The notes beneath the pieces are model-generated. The model did not search any database, was not told the origin of the DNA, and worked only from the letters and a program-made list of their open reading frames with translations. Both the position numbers and the translations under genes were made by a program. A stretch of 57,339 nt of DNA, counting the filler, from Sphacelaria rigidula (taxonomy: Eukaryota): the NCBI GenBank assembly GCA_964200075.2. It is 7 parts of 7 records of this genome, joined end to end, with 100 filler letters (N's around TTAATTAATTAA, not from the genome) between each part and the next. Parts side by side here need not be neighbours in the genome. Positions count along the whole stretch, not along the records: positions 1 to 8,107 come from CAXNAA020012275.1; positions 8,208 to 16,314 come from CAXNAA020012276.1; 5 more parts are not named here. One strand, written 5' to 3'. Below, piece after piece: positions 1 to 11,030 of the stretch. The stretch's first letter is position 1. The number at the start of each line of letters is the position of its first letter.

Positions 1-776
1 TTGTTTGGGCGCCCGGCGCCCACAAGGCCGCCCCCCTCTTTCACGCGCTCACCCCCCAGCCCCACCCCCCCCCCCCCCCCCCCCCCCTCCCCCCAGGAAA
101 CACCAGGAATACGGGAATTCTCAGAAATATTCGTGAGCAACACTCTTGCAACTCTGTCGGGTAGGGCGGTGAAATTTATGTGTTGGATGTAGGGTACGCC
201 CTGTAATACCAACTGATAACAGTACTCCGTAATATTTGCGTTTTCCATAAAAGTGCTCGTCGCTTCAGTTTAGGGCAAATTTTGCATGTTTTTGGGCCGA
301 GAAAATCGAGAGTAGCTTGGTTGTGATTCAGGGCAGCGAGCAAATCATAGAGGGCGTTTCAATTTCCATCCCGGTTCTCGACGTATATTTTGTTCGTCGA
401 GGATACGACCGTAGGTGGCCACCCGACGAAGCACGATTGGTAACAGGGGTGGTATTGGGTGGTATCGGCTTGTCACAACCTCATGTTTAGATAAAGCCTT
501 TTTTATCGGCGACATTGCCCAGATTAAGGCAGGTTTAGCGGTAAGGCAGGCGACTTTGCTTGGTATGTATGATGTTGACGTTAGGGCGGGAAAAATATAT
601 TTTCCGTTTGTACAATGTATAATGAAGATACTGCCGCGGCATACAGAGAGTAGCACAAGCACTTTGTAGGTAAATGCAGTAGGGCATTCTCGTTAAATAT
701 AAGTCAGTTCTGTTGTCTTCGCCTTTTTCCGTTGTGTTGTACATGTTCGCGACGACACGATGGAACATGTACACAG

Positions 777-860
777 ACGACTTCGCTCTTCCGGGTTCCA
801 GACACAGCAACCCGTCACGAGGAAGGGGCAGAGATTCATCACAGCGAGGGCGGGGCCGAG
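777..860 (+). CDS. MUS81: MUS81-like putative 5' exon (DFALPGSRHSNPSRGRGRDSSQRGRGR)
   Basis: ACACAG acceptor (or upstream in-frame ATG) and GAG|GTAGGT donor. The phase-1 join to 1246 keeps the RG-rich frame open. Confidence 0.55.
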
Positions 861-3800
861 GTAGGTGAACGTGTGCCTGACGATCACACTTGTAGACTGT
901 CTGTGGGGCAAATTCGTCGATCAACTGTAACTTGCAGCTGATATCACAGCGCCAAATGCTCGCGTTTCCTGGTTGAGAAAAGGTGGTACGTGCATGCGAG
1001 GCGCGTGTTTTCCGAGCATTGATGATACCACAGACGTTTCATCCGTCGTCATAACATGTGACCCATATTAGGTATGGTAATCCATTTCTCACCACCTTGT
1101 AATATCGATTAAATACATTTGTTGATTGGTGCGCATGAATTAATCTCCGAGGAATCCAGCTGTGGTCATTATATGCAAGGTAGACGTACGCTTACACTGT
1201 AAGGCACGTGTAATACTGGGCCGAATAAACGACACAACACAACAGGGACGAGCATGCGAGGCGGACGTGGCGGAGCTCGTGGGGGGCGGGGTGGGGGACG
1301 TGGCGGCCGGGGCGGTCGGGGAGGTCGGGGAGGCCGCGGGAAGGTAGAACCAGTGTCGACACAGTATAGTGACGACGAAGACGACTTTTCCACCCCACAC
1401 CAACCGGCTACCAATCCCAGGAAGAGGAGTGCCAAGGAGTACTGCCCCAGGTATAAGACTGGTGAGTGAGATATGGCGAAGTTACTGTCGCGTCCTGGGC
1501 ACTTTCTCTCGGTTACGGGCATCGTGGGATAGAGCTGGCGATCGTTTTTTCCTCCCTGGAAGCAACGCGTCGCGTTGCGTATAGAGCACCGTGTATACTC
1601 TGCAGCGCGACAGCTGTGCTCACATGCGCTACGACGTGATCTGTCTGCCAAGTCGAACCGAAAAGTATGCTGCTGTGATGGATGCATCCTCACAATATTT
1701 GCCGGGTCGCACAATGTCATTCATCCTGCCGCACGTCACAAAGCAGGACAGTTCACGGAAGTCTTTTTTTCGCTGTCCCTGTTCAGCTTTGCCCTCCCGC
1801 CTCCTCTCTCTATTACTCTCTCCCCTCCTATCCCCACCGCGCCTCTTGCCTTTCTGTCTCAGTTAACGTCTTGCATACCTCCCTGCCTGTCTGGTTTGCC
1901 CTTGCTCCATCCCCTGCGATTCCTATAGGCGCCCTTTGCTCGCTGATTCCTCTTGCTAGCCCGTTCTAACCACATATTGCGACCGCCCGTATCGCGTTGT
2001 TCTTCTCCATGCTTTCGGCGATCTCGCCCGCTGTCTCAGGTGCATTTGCCATACTGGCGGCGCTACTGCTTTTTGAACAGGAAGACGGCTCTTTCGATGC
2101 CGACAAGGACAGCATAGTCTCCATCGCCCAACCGTTCTCCACAGATGCCATGATTCCAGTAAGCCCAAAAGGTTGCTCTATCACAGATAAGGCATATGCC
2201 CATCATTGTGCACCCTTTCACCTCCACACCCAAATCTCCCCTGTACCCTTTCCAAACCCAATTCCCGCTTCAGGTGTCGTCAAATTTGAGCAGTCATGAG
2301 TATGCCACAACAAAACATAGCAATCTGCACACCCAGAAACAGTACCCATCGGGCTCATGTTGTTTCGCGTCCACCGCGTAATCTTCGTTCCCGTGTTTCG
2401 TCTCCGCATAAAACGCCCTTCTCGGGAACGTTATTCGGGCTGCTCGTGTACCATGTCCACACCAGCCCAGCATCGCAAGAGATCATAAAGATCGGTACGG
2501 CTCTTGGAGTGGGATCACAACTTTGGAAGATCATCATCTCGTAACGCGGAACAAGAGCGTTGGCAGGCACAGGTTCGCACTAACGGAAGCGGGCAGACAA
2601 CTCGCGTTGCGCCTCAAGCAGGTGATCTTGTATTTTTTGTCGTATGTTTGGATTTGTGGCGACCCAAGACGATAATGTAAGTGTTTGGGGCAATCCTTAA
2701 TTAGTGCGATGTTATACTTCACTGTGAGGGTAACTGGCCAACCGTGATCGGGAGGCTGCGGGTGAGATCTGAACCGACTGTGCAAAATTGGAAAATAATC
2801 GAATATCAAAGGCAAAAGGCAGAATGAATGGTCCACATGCACTCAAGCAGTCAGAACCTCTCGAGAAATCGAACACTGTCGAACCTCACACGCATGACTT
2901 CGTCGTCGCACACACTACAGCGCGATTGGCGTTGAAGCCGTGTTTTCGTGCTGTGCTCACTGTACACCTCCTTCGATTGCCTCCCCACAGACCGAGCCAT
3001 AACCACCAGGTCTGCCACGTCCACCTCGTTCTTTGCACGTTTGCTACGCTACATATCCGTTCAAGCTTACTCATTATAGAGGTGAAGCCCGGCCGGAGAG
3101 ACATGGCCCACCTTTCCTACCGAATCATGGTGAAAATAAACGATATACATAAAAATGCACTGATGTGCATAGGTGATGGTCCTTTACAGACACTTGTTGA
3201 GTTTAGCGACTTGTACACGGTCGGGTCCACATCACCTTCCCCTCCAGTGGACCGTTTCGTGCTTTATTGTGAGTGAATGAAGTATGTAGTGGCGAATTTT
3301 TTCTCCGGCTAGCGATCCACAAATATATGTGCACTTTTCCCCCCTCCGACATGTCCCCTCTGCCAATTTGTTTTTGTCCCCAACCAGTTTTACGACATCT
3401 GTGTCGCCTGCTTGACTTCGAGATTTTTTTTTTCAATATAAATCGGGGTGACTGGTGCCGGAATTTCAAACCGGGACCTTCTGCTCGATATCGCCATGAT
3501 AAAAACGCGACGAGCCTTCGACATACACTTGTGGCTATTTTCCCGCTCGATGAAGTAGTACCCGCATAGAGGGTACCAAAGATTCAATGAGCTGTCTGTC
3601 TGGTTTGCTGTTCGGGTTTGGTGATTATTTTCAGGGAGGGATACGTGACACGTGACGTTTTAACGTGTTACATTTGAAAAAACCGGAAAAAACGTAACCC
3701 TGAGCCATTTAACGCTACGTAAGGTTTGATGTTTTGGACGGGACAAATGCGACGTAACGTGATGTAACATGTGGACCTTGAAGCAGCGTCTCTCGGTGTT

Positions 3801-6800
3801 TTCCAGATGTAAAAAAAGGCTGTTTTTGTGAATTTTCAACGTGACACGTGACACGTTACATATTCACAAAACAAGCAGAGTTTTCGTCACCTTTGGAAAG
3901 TAAAACGCAATGTTAACGTTCATGCGAAGGACCACACGTTTTATCAAATTTTACGTAGCGTTAAATGACCCAAAGTCACGTGTTTTCGAATGTGTCACGT
4001 TATAACGTCACGTGTCACGTATCCCTCCCTCATTATTTTCAACTTGGTGAGCGGTGGTACTCTCAACTCGTCGCCGCCGAACCGTGGCGATCTGACTTTG
4101 TCCGGTCGCATCCACGTTTTTTTTTGGTGCTGCTGAGTGTACCCAGTATTCGCCACAAGATAGACGAGGTGCGGTAGGCGCCGAATCATGAGCGAGTGAG
4201 GAAGCGGTGTTCGATGGGCGTACGTAATATGCCAGACCGTTTTACTTTCCGTCTAATGAAAAATAACACCCTCTTAATAACACCCCCTTATTTGATTGCG
4301 TGACAGACAGCGGTGCCGCACGCCAGAGGGTACGCACCCAAACAACCTGCAGTTGCACCGTGAATCTGAATGCAAGCACTTCTTTACGATCAGTACAATT
4401 GTGCAGGGTTTCAACTTCTTTCACTTCTGCCCCTGGGGATTAATTACACTGTGTATGGGTGTAGTACACAGGGTAACGAGGGGGAAATATGGTGTAGCAA
4501 CGCATGAATGAAAAATGAGTCGTTTTGTTACAGAACAGCGTCGCGCCTAATGCTGCCGTACGGCCCGGCAAGAGAAGCATGCTATGCTGGAGCAAGGGTA
4601 AAGCGCGAGATGCTCCACAGATTCTGACGGGGCACATGTAATGTGCAGTTTCGATGCTAGGCAGCGTTCTTCTGAAGTTTTGGCACTTTTTGGATGCACG
4701 ATAATGTTGGCGAACTACATATTCTCCAATCTGACAGGTGACGGGACGCACACCACTCGTTCTCCTGAAAAATATTATTTCTTACTCCAAGACGAAATCA
4801 GCCTGAGAGGTACGGGTTGTCGTGCCAGTCCTCTTACCTAATGAACCTATTGCTGCTATCTTCGCCCAGGACCATGGTATCGCCCGCGGCGGAATCTGCC
4901 ACCCCAAGAAAAAAGGTTGTGCTGCTGCGGCTTCAGCGTCGGAATCCAGCGGTGATCGTCGGGGCGCGGCGTTCTCCTTCAGGGAGAGTGGCAGTGGTAG
5001 TGCGACCCCGGGGGAAAGCGCGGCCCGCGTGCCACCGGCGGCACCGCCGACACAACCAATGAAGGGTATGGGCACGGGGGCAAATGTTGACGAGGCGTTT
5101 GGGGGAGCAACAAACGGAGGGACTACGACCGGAAGGACTGCTGGTGCTGCTACTCCCCCTACCACTGCTCCTTCTGCTGGCGGTAGCGACGGCGGCGGCG
5201 AGCGATCTGCTGCGTCACTGGGATCGAAACGAGGTCGACAGCTCGCTGAAAAGTAGGTACCATTCGTTGGCATTCGGGGGACGGGGGCGATTGGTCCTGC
5301 TTCGATGTAGGCTAGTGTGTGGCTAGCTTCTGTACACGTGGAGTACGTCCTAGATTTCTCGGTGACATCGCCACCGGGTAGGACGTGCTGCTGCTTTCAC
5401 CCTGCTTTTGACGAGGAAAAGTCACGCTTGAGACACTTCGTGTGAACGCCATGCAAACCTAGGATGCGTGCACAGGATGGCATCACCGCTGCCCTGATGA
5501 GTCGGAACCGTGCTGCTCTTGCCGCGGCCGCTCGTCCGTCCGTCTACATTCCCCAGGGGCGAGGCAGGTTTCGCGAAGAAGCAAAGGCTGTATTCAAGGG
5601 GTGATGGGAGCGTCCGCACCAGCGAATTTAGCAAGAGCGGCAATGCAAGTGGGTTGCTGTCCCGCTTGCTGTCGTCACAAGGCAGCAGTGGGAAGAAGGC
5701 TCACAATGTGGACGAGGAGCTGGGAAGGCGGCGGGCAGGTGCGGACCTGACAGGGGTTCAGCTCTACTCGGACACTTTCTTAGGGACAAGGCGTAGCCCC
5801 AAGCATGCGCAAGCGAGCAGCGGGGATGAGGGGATCCCGGCAGGGGTGAAAATACCAACCATTTCGCTTCCGACCGGCTCCAAATGTCAGGCTGGCATAC
5901 GCAGTAGTACTAGCAGTAGCAGCACTAGCAGCGCCATCCCGGAGCCCAGGAGACTTGACGACCTTGAATTAATGGCTGCACGCGGAAGCACGCGAAACGA
6001 GCGTGTCTCATGCCCAGCAGTTGCTGCTTCGCCCGCCTCTACCAGCAGCGCACACCGCTCAGCGATTGCAGCATCGGGGGTTACGGGCAGGAAGGGAGTC
6101 GAGGCGGCGGTGGCGGCGGCAGCGGCGTACCCAACGCGTACTATCGGAGGGGGAAGAGGAGGCGGCGGCGCGGTGGTAGATATTGTGGATGTGTCGCTCA
6201 GCGATGACGAGGATGAGGGCGATATTAGTGGTGGCGGGAATACGGCCGCTCTTGCCGACGCTTTTGGGGGAGATGATTGTGTCGATGTTTCTTGTGTCGC
6301 CGGTGTGCATGCCGATGTAGCGGCGGACGTCGTGGAAGAGTCAGTTCCGATCTTGGCTGGTGGACGGACATCTTTCCGCGCGTCGGGGTGTGCTGGCGAA
6401 AAAGATACCGATAGTGGTGGCGGGGGACGAGCGTCGGGTGGACATAAAACAACAGTGCGAGCACCAGATGGCATTCGCGTCGGCAGTCCTTGTGGTGGCC
6501 GTGCTGATGATGGAATAAGGGTTACCGCTGGCTCAGCGCCCGGCCCCAGTTCGATTCACGTGCAGTTTCCTTCGATATATCGGTCATTGTCTCGGGCCCG
6601 CGGCGGTTCCGGCGACGGCGCAGTGGATTGGAGTGATAAGGGGCTTCCTCCCTGGTTACAGCGAGAGTTGGATGAGGGGACTGTCAAGCGTACAGGTGAG
6701 TTGCTTGTATTGACTCCTTTGTAGGGGAGATATTCCTTGTTGCACATATTCCTTGTTGTATTTTTTGCCTTCCTTCTTGCAACTTCTGTTGCTGCTTTGG

Positions 6801-7092
6801 ACTTGATCAAATACTGTGCGCGCTTTAGCGGCGCGGCGGTATTTTTGGATAGGTGCGTGACCCAAGCTCGCATGCCTGATACTGGCACGAAGAATTAAGT
6901 TCAATTATCCTGCCTTTTGGCCATTCCGCATCTTCCCCTCTCTCCCTCTTGCACTGATTTCCTGTGGTCATCGAGGCCAGATCGAATGATAGACGTGTTC
7001 GATTTGGTGCTTATCGTCGACACAAGCGAGCCCGCAGCCGTGAGACAGGTCATCGAGACGCAGGTCGCTGCCGCACGCGTCAAGCTTCAGCG
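777..7092 (+). CDS. MUS81: Partial MUS81-like structure-specific endonuclease, spliced: join(777-860,1246-1461,2040-2158,2466-2621,4870-5252,5557-6695,6981-7092); 3' exons lie beyond the contig end
   Basis: All six introns are GT-AG and phase-consistent (1,1,0,0,2,1). The joined protein reads KEYCPRYKT/GAFAILAALL...KDSIVSIAQPFS...YGSWSGITTLEDHHLV...HRFALTEAGRQLALRL, matching the Mus81 winged-helix pattern (YxP..sGayAiL...AQp...WssmktL...r.y.LT.eG..lA..L). It later reads FDLVLIVDTSE...ARVKLQR, the start of an ERCC4 domain. The 5' end is uncertain: in-frame ATGs at 743 and 767, or an acceptor at 776. Confidence 0.85.
1246..1461 (+). CDS. MUS81: MUS81-like exon: RGG tract and start of winged helix (KEYCPRYKT)
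   Basis: AACAG acceptor and G|GTGAGT donor; lies in ORF 1254-1469. Confidence 0.8.
2040..2158 (+). CDS. MUS81: MUS81-like exon, winged helix (GAFAILAALLLFEQEDGSFDADKDSIVSIAQPFSTDAMIP)
   Basis: CTCAG acceptor, CCA|GTAAGC donor, Mus81 WH motif. Confidence 0.85.
2466..2621 (+). CDS. MUS81: MUS81-like exon, winged helix (PSIARDHKDRYGSWSGITTLEDHHLVTRNKSVGRHRFALTEAGRQLALRLKQ)
   Basis: ACCAG acceptor and CAG|GTGATC donor; 156 nt, phase 0-0; not listed in the ORF track. Confidence 0.85.
3632..4031. mobile_element. hAT-like MITE in a MUS81 intron
   Basis: TIRs CAGGGAGGGATACGTGACACGTGACGTT / AACGTCACGTGTCACGTATCCCTCCCTC. Perfect 8-bp TSD ATTATTTT at 3624-3631 and 4032-4039. Internal ACGTGAC/ACGTTAC subrepeats. 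Confidence 0.85.
4870..5252 (+). CDS. MUS81: MUS81-like exon, low-complexity linker
   Basis: CTAAT branch-like site and TTCGCCCAG acceptor; AA|GTAGGT donor; phases 0 and 2 match both neighbours; lies in ORF 4822-5256. Confidence 0.7.
5557..6695 (+). CDS. MUS81: MUS81-like large exon, S/G/A-rich linker
   Basis: TTCCCCAG acceptor and G|GTGAGT donor; lies in the 404-aa ORF 5510-6724. Confidence 0.8.
6981..7092 (+). CDS. MUS81: MUS81-like exon, start of ERCC4 nuclease domain (DRMIDVFDLVLIVDTSEPAAVRQVIETQVAAARVKLQR)
   Basis: GCCAG acceptor and CG|GTGAGA donor; resembles the first strand and helix of ERCC4 (f.i.L.vD.RE). Confidence 0.8.
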
Positions 7093-7977
7093 GTGAGACG
7101 AATAGCGTCGCACACTTGGCTTTCTTGTCGCAGCTGTATATGTTTTTTTCTCGTTCCTCCGCGCCCTCTTACTTCGCCGCTCGTCAATCCTTCAGCCGTT
7201 ATGTATTGGGTCGTATGTGATTGATTTCCCCGGTCGACGTTTCACGCTTCATCGACTAGAAATTTCGCAATGCTCGTGAAGGTGATGTTATGTCAAGAAT
7301 ATCATGGTCCAAGGTCTGCCACCACAAAGAAAGTAGGAACACAACTTGATTCGTCATCTAGTGTGCGTTTCGCCTACCGACGCCGTCCCTCCGCGTGCGC
7401 TAGCGGAACGGTGACTCAAGCGCTTCAACTCTGCCCGCCCCGTTATGTTGCACACGTGCAATTCCGTCATATACTCCAGACAGCGGACGTTCGCCAGTTT
7501 ATCGCGGCCTAACTCGGGATTGGCGATGCACTGCGAGGGAATGCCTGTGAGGTTTGCGTAATTTCACCGTGCACGCAATCGTATCACGGTAGGTGCGCCG
7601 CCTGTTTCTTGCAGCGACGGTTTCGTTTGCGTCGGTCCCCCCTCCTCTTTCATTTTGACGGTCCCTTATGCCGCGAGGAAGTCCACCTTTAGATGGATAC
7701 GAAACAGGGGTCTCCGTCGTCAGACGCCGATTATCCTTGGTTGGCGCAGGCGATCAAGTTCTTCTCGTTTTTGCATATGCGTGCTCATGGTCCATTTGGT
7801 TATCGCCGTCTTTCAGCGTCTGTCTGTTCTACCGGTGTATAGTGATTCTTGGTCATGGGTGTGACGGCTTGGAAATGCGCCTGCAAACGTACTCCCGGCG
7901 GCTTCCCTCCCCTCTGCGTGTATAATTTTGCCACCCGTGTACATGAAATTTTGGCATGGGTGACCTTTTTTACATTC

Positions 7978-8107
7978 AACTATGTTTTCGTGAGATTGAG
8001 AGTAGCGGATACGATTGAGAGTGAGGAGCGGTCAATTAGTAGATTAATCGTTTCAGTTCCGAAAGGCCCCTTCACGAGGCCCGATACGCTTTCTGTAGTA
8101 GCTTGCC
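7978..8107 (+). mobile_element. Truncated copy of the ~300-bp AAC...GTT MITE family
   Basis: Matches 26186-26320 (AACTATGTTTTCGTGAGATTGAGAGTAG...); cut by the contig end. Confidence 0.75.
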
Positions 8108-8207
8108 NNNNNNNNNNNNNNNNNNNNNNNNNNNNNNNNNNNNNNNNNNNNTTAATTAATTAANNNNNNNNNNNNNNNNNNNNNNNNNNNNNNNNNNNNN
8201 NNNNNNN
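8108..8207. other. Artificial contig linker (Ns with central TTAATTAATTAA); also at 16315-16414, 24521-24620, 32726-32825, 40931-41030 and 49136-49235
   Basis: Six 100-bp spacers of the same layout separate contigs of non-increasing length. Confidence 0.97.
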
Positions 8208-8499
8208 CCCCGAGTTGGTCGGGATGTGGTAAAACAAACAAATCAGGGCTGTCAAAGGAGTAAAGAAAAGAAGTAGAGACTAAGGGAGAATCAAACAACA
8301 TCCCCAGGGACCCACGGAGAAAAACATAAAAAATTTCAGAAAGACGGCAGATACACGAGCAAGTATAATACTTGGTGGGCTACGCGATATGTTTCGCCGA
8401 CCTTTGATAGAGACAGAGGGAACCCTTCGAGTACCACAGGAAAGCGTTCGTTTGCATGACGCGCGTTGGTCCAATTTGCCATGCGCCTCTTAGCCCCTT

Positions 8500-10580
8500 C
8501 CTCTACGACCCGGTACGACCCGGAACCATCTTACGCAATTTTCGGCCATAATATCGCGTCTATTCCCAAGGTACAGTAGCACTCAGGGACACGGGGTTGC
8601 ACGCCGTTTCACGGATTGGCCTATCTTCTTCTCCCCCCCGACCATTTTTCTACACATGACGATGTCGCGGAGGCGCTCGTCGTGCTTGCGCGTGACGTGG
8701 CCGGCGTATATTACGATTTGTCTCGATACGGGTAACCTTGATGCAATCGCAGCCAGTTCTTTCGAGAATCTGGCGGTAGGTATCATGAGGTAGTGGGCGG
8801 CGCTGTGGGTTGAGATATGCTCGTCGAAGCACCTCAGCAGTAACCCGCGGTGGGCTCTGCGCAACGGGCTGAAATGATTGGGTGAGAGCGTTCAGATCAT
8901 ACAGCCGTCAAGCATGATTTCAATCACTTCTTCCTTAGGAAACAAACATTTTCGGCCAGGGCAATGTACGTGTTGTCGTATATCGGTCTGCTGCACTTGA
9001 CGGAGCATGTGCAGGCCTGGCCAATGCCGCGGTTGACGTCAGTGGTGATATCACCGACGCTGTTGATGGTACCGCCGAGATAGACGAAAAGACTCCACTT
9101 GCTTGCACCTTTGGCCTGCCGCCTCCACCTCAACCACATCCGCCTTCATGTTTGGGGAGCGCATGTGTATGGTTACCGTCCTCTTTCCTGCCACGACGAG
9201 ACCGCACACCGCTTAGACTTCGACGATGACCGTAATCATCTTTGCCAGGCTTATCTGAGATCACGACACGATGCCAGCGTCGTCGGCGTGCGGCATGACC
9301 CAAAGCACCTCGCAAAGCACGTCGTTGGTGTTCCCACTCCTGGTGGCGATACGAATGACGTAATCAACCATAGCCTTACCGGTCGAGAAGCGGTCGAGCG
9401 CCACCCTCACCATTACCGCGAAGAAGATACTGAACACGTGGACAACCACACAGCCTTGGCAGAGGCCCTCATTAAGGTCAAAATACTCTGAAGTCTCGCC
9501 GCTGTCAAGGCACCCGCACGCCTGCATGCCATGATGGAACTGGGTGATGATGGAAATCATCCTGACAGGGACGCCGTATCGTGCGAGCACCTCCAGAGAA
9601 AAGTGTGGTCAACTGATTCGCACATCTTACGGAGGTCGATGAAGAACATGTACAGCAGAATATTATTTTCTGTGGCCAGATTTTGAAGTCTGCGGATAAC
9701 GCACATCATGTCGACTTTCGACCGGCGGGGTCCGGAACCGCGCTGAGAATCAGGGAGGGTTCTCTTCCGTTCGCACTATTCGCTACGGCGAGTCGTAGCT
9801 ATCTGGAGAACTGCCTTGGCCTCGTGGAACCCTAGGAAGATGCCGCGGTACTTGCTACATTTGTGTGAGTCCTTTTTCTTGAACAGCACGAAGATGACAG
9901 CGTCCGTCCATTCGTGAGTCATCCTGCGATGGGAAGGGGGGGGGGGGTTATTTCGGACCACTTTTTCCACGATAGTCCCCTTCAAATCGCCGTCGAAAGT
10001 AACAACTGCCTGTTGTTCAAACGCGCTTGTCACCCATAATATCACTCACTCATTCCGTTTGACACCGGTTTCCCCCAAATGCGAGCGTATCGCGAGTTTG
10101 TGAGGTCGTCGCACGCACCTATGAGTCCATTTTTTCGTGGTATCACCCCCCCCCCCCCGCCCCCTCTCCTGTGTTACTACCTCCAGACGCTACACTATTA
10201 GCACGAGGTTGTGGAGGCACTTCAGTGTGGCAGAGTCCTCGGTGAGGCTGAGCTTGAGTAGTTCACCACACAGGTTGTCCGTCCCAACAGCCTTGCCGCT
10301 GGTCAACTTGCCCGGTGCTTCCTTCACTTCTTCTATCGAGGGCTCGGTCGCGAGCGCTGCGTTCCCCGGCATCTGTTCGATGGCATCGATGGCAGAGTCT
10401 TTGAGCGTAGGCGAGATTGCATTCAAAAGCTTCTCAAACCACTCTTTCCACATCTATAGGACATTAGATTTCCCGCAATAGCTCTGACGCGCTCCTGATG
10501 TAGATTTAGTCACACCCCTTCTTCCCTTCCATCTCCAAGGGCTTGATATGCTGGTACAGCATTTCCTGGTCTTCCGCGGG
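8500..10580 (-). mobile_element. Degenerate non-LTR retrotransposon (RTE-like LINE) reverse transcriptase
   Basis: Fragments EPSIEEVKEAPGKLTSGKAVGTDNLCGELLK (domain 0), KKKDSHKCSKYRGI (domain 1), LARYGVPVRMISIITQFH, GLCQGCV and PHADD (YADD variant). Frameshifts and an insertion near 9935-10170. Confidence 0.88.
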
Positions 10581-10779
10581 GTAGCTCCGCTGTCCTGGCG
10601 GTGTGTGTGTTGTCGTCCCATTTATTCTGGACACCGGTCTATGCCGACGTACTCGTTAGCACAGCAAGCCACACCCCAAGGTGGATGAGAATGTGACACA
10701 CTGATCCTGTTTTCGACTCGTTAACTCAAACAGTAGGGTCTCTCTTACACAAGGCACTCGTCAGCAGCAGACAGCTGTT

Positions 10780-11030
10780 GAGCCATCCTACGATAGGGAG
10801 GGGGGTATTTTGGGCCATTTGTTGCACGAAATTCCAGGTCAAATCGTCGTTAAAAGCAGCAACGGTTGCTCGGATAAGCTTGTTATAGATACGTGACNNN
10901 NNNNNNNTCTATTAACATCGTTTCGAACCAAATACAAGCGCACCGCGAGTGTGGTAGGTCGTCTGACACACTTATAAGCCTTTTTTTTCGTGCAACCAAA
11001 TACCCCCCCCCCCCTATCGTAGGATGACTC
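10780..11030. mobile_element. Sola-like non-autonomous DNA transposon (~250 bp)
   Basis: TIRs GAGCCATCCTACGATAGGG / CCCTATCGTAGGATGACTC; 4-bp TSD TGTT at 10776-10779 and 11031-11034. Confidence 0.8.

Noticed and set aside
3080-3268. Exon-like stretch with a GTGAGT donor inside a MUS81 intron (part of ORF 2788-3276)
   Set aside because: Its phases do not fit the flanking phase-0 junction, which already joins 2621 to 4870 cleanly, and it has no recognisable motif.
7510-7540. LGIGDAL peptide resembling the next ERCC4 motif (L.vGD..W)
   Set aside because: An in-frame TAA lies immediately upstream, there is no acceptor, and no W or ERK follows.
8152-8163. TTAATTAATTAA palindrome recurring every ~8.2 kb
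   Set aside because: Synthetic stop-in-all-frames linker embedded in N runs.
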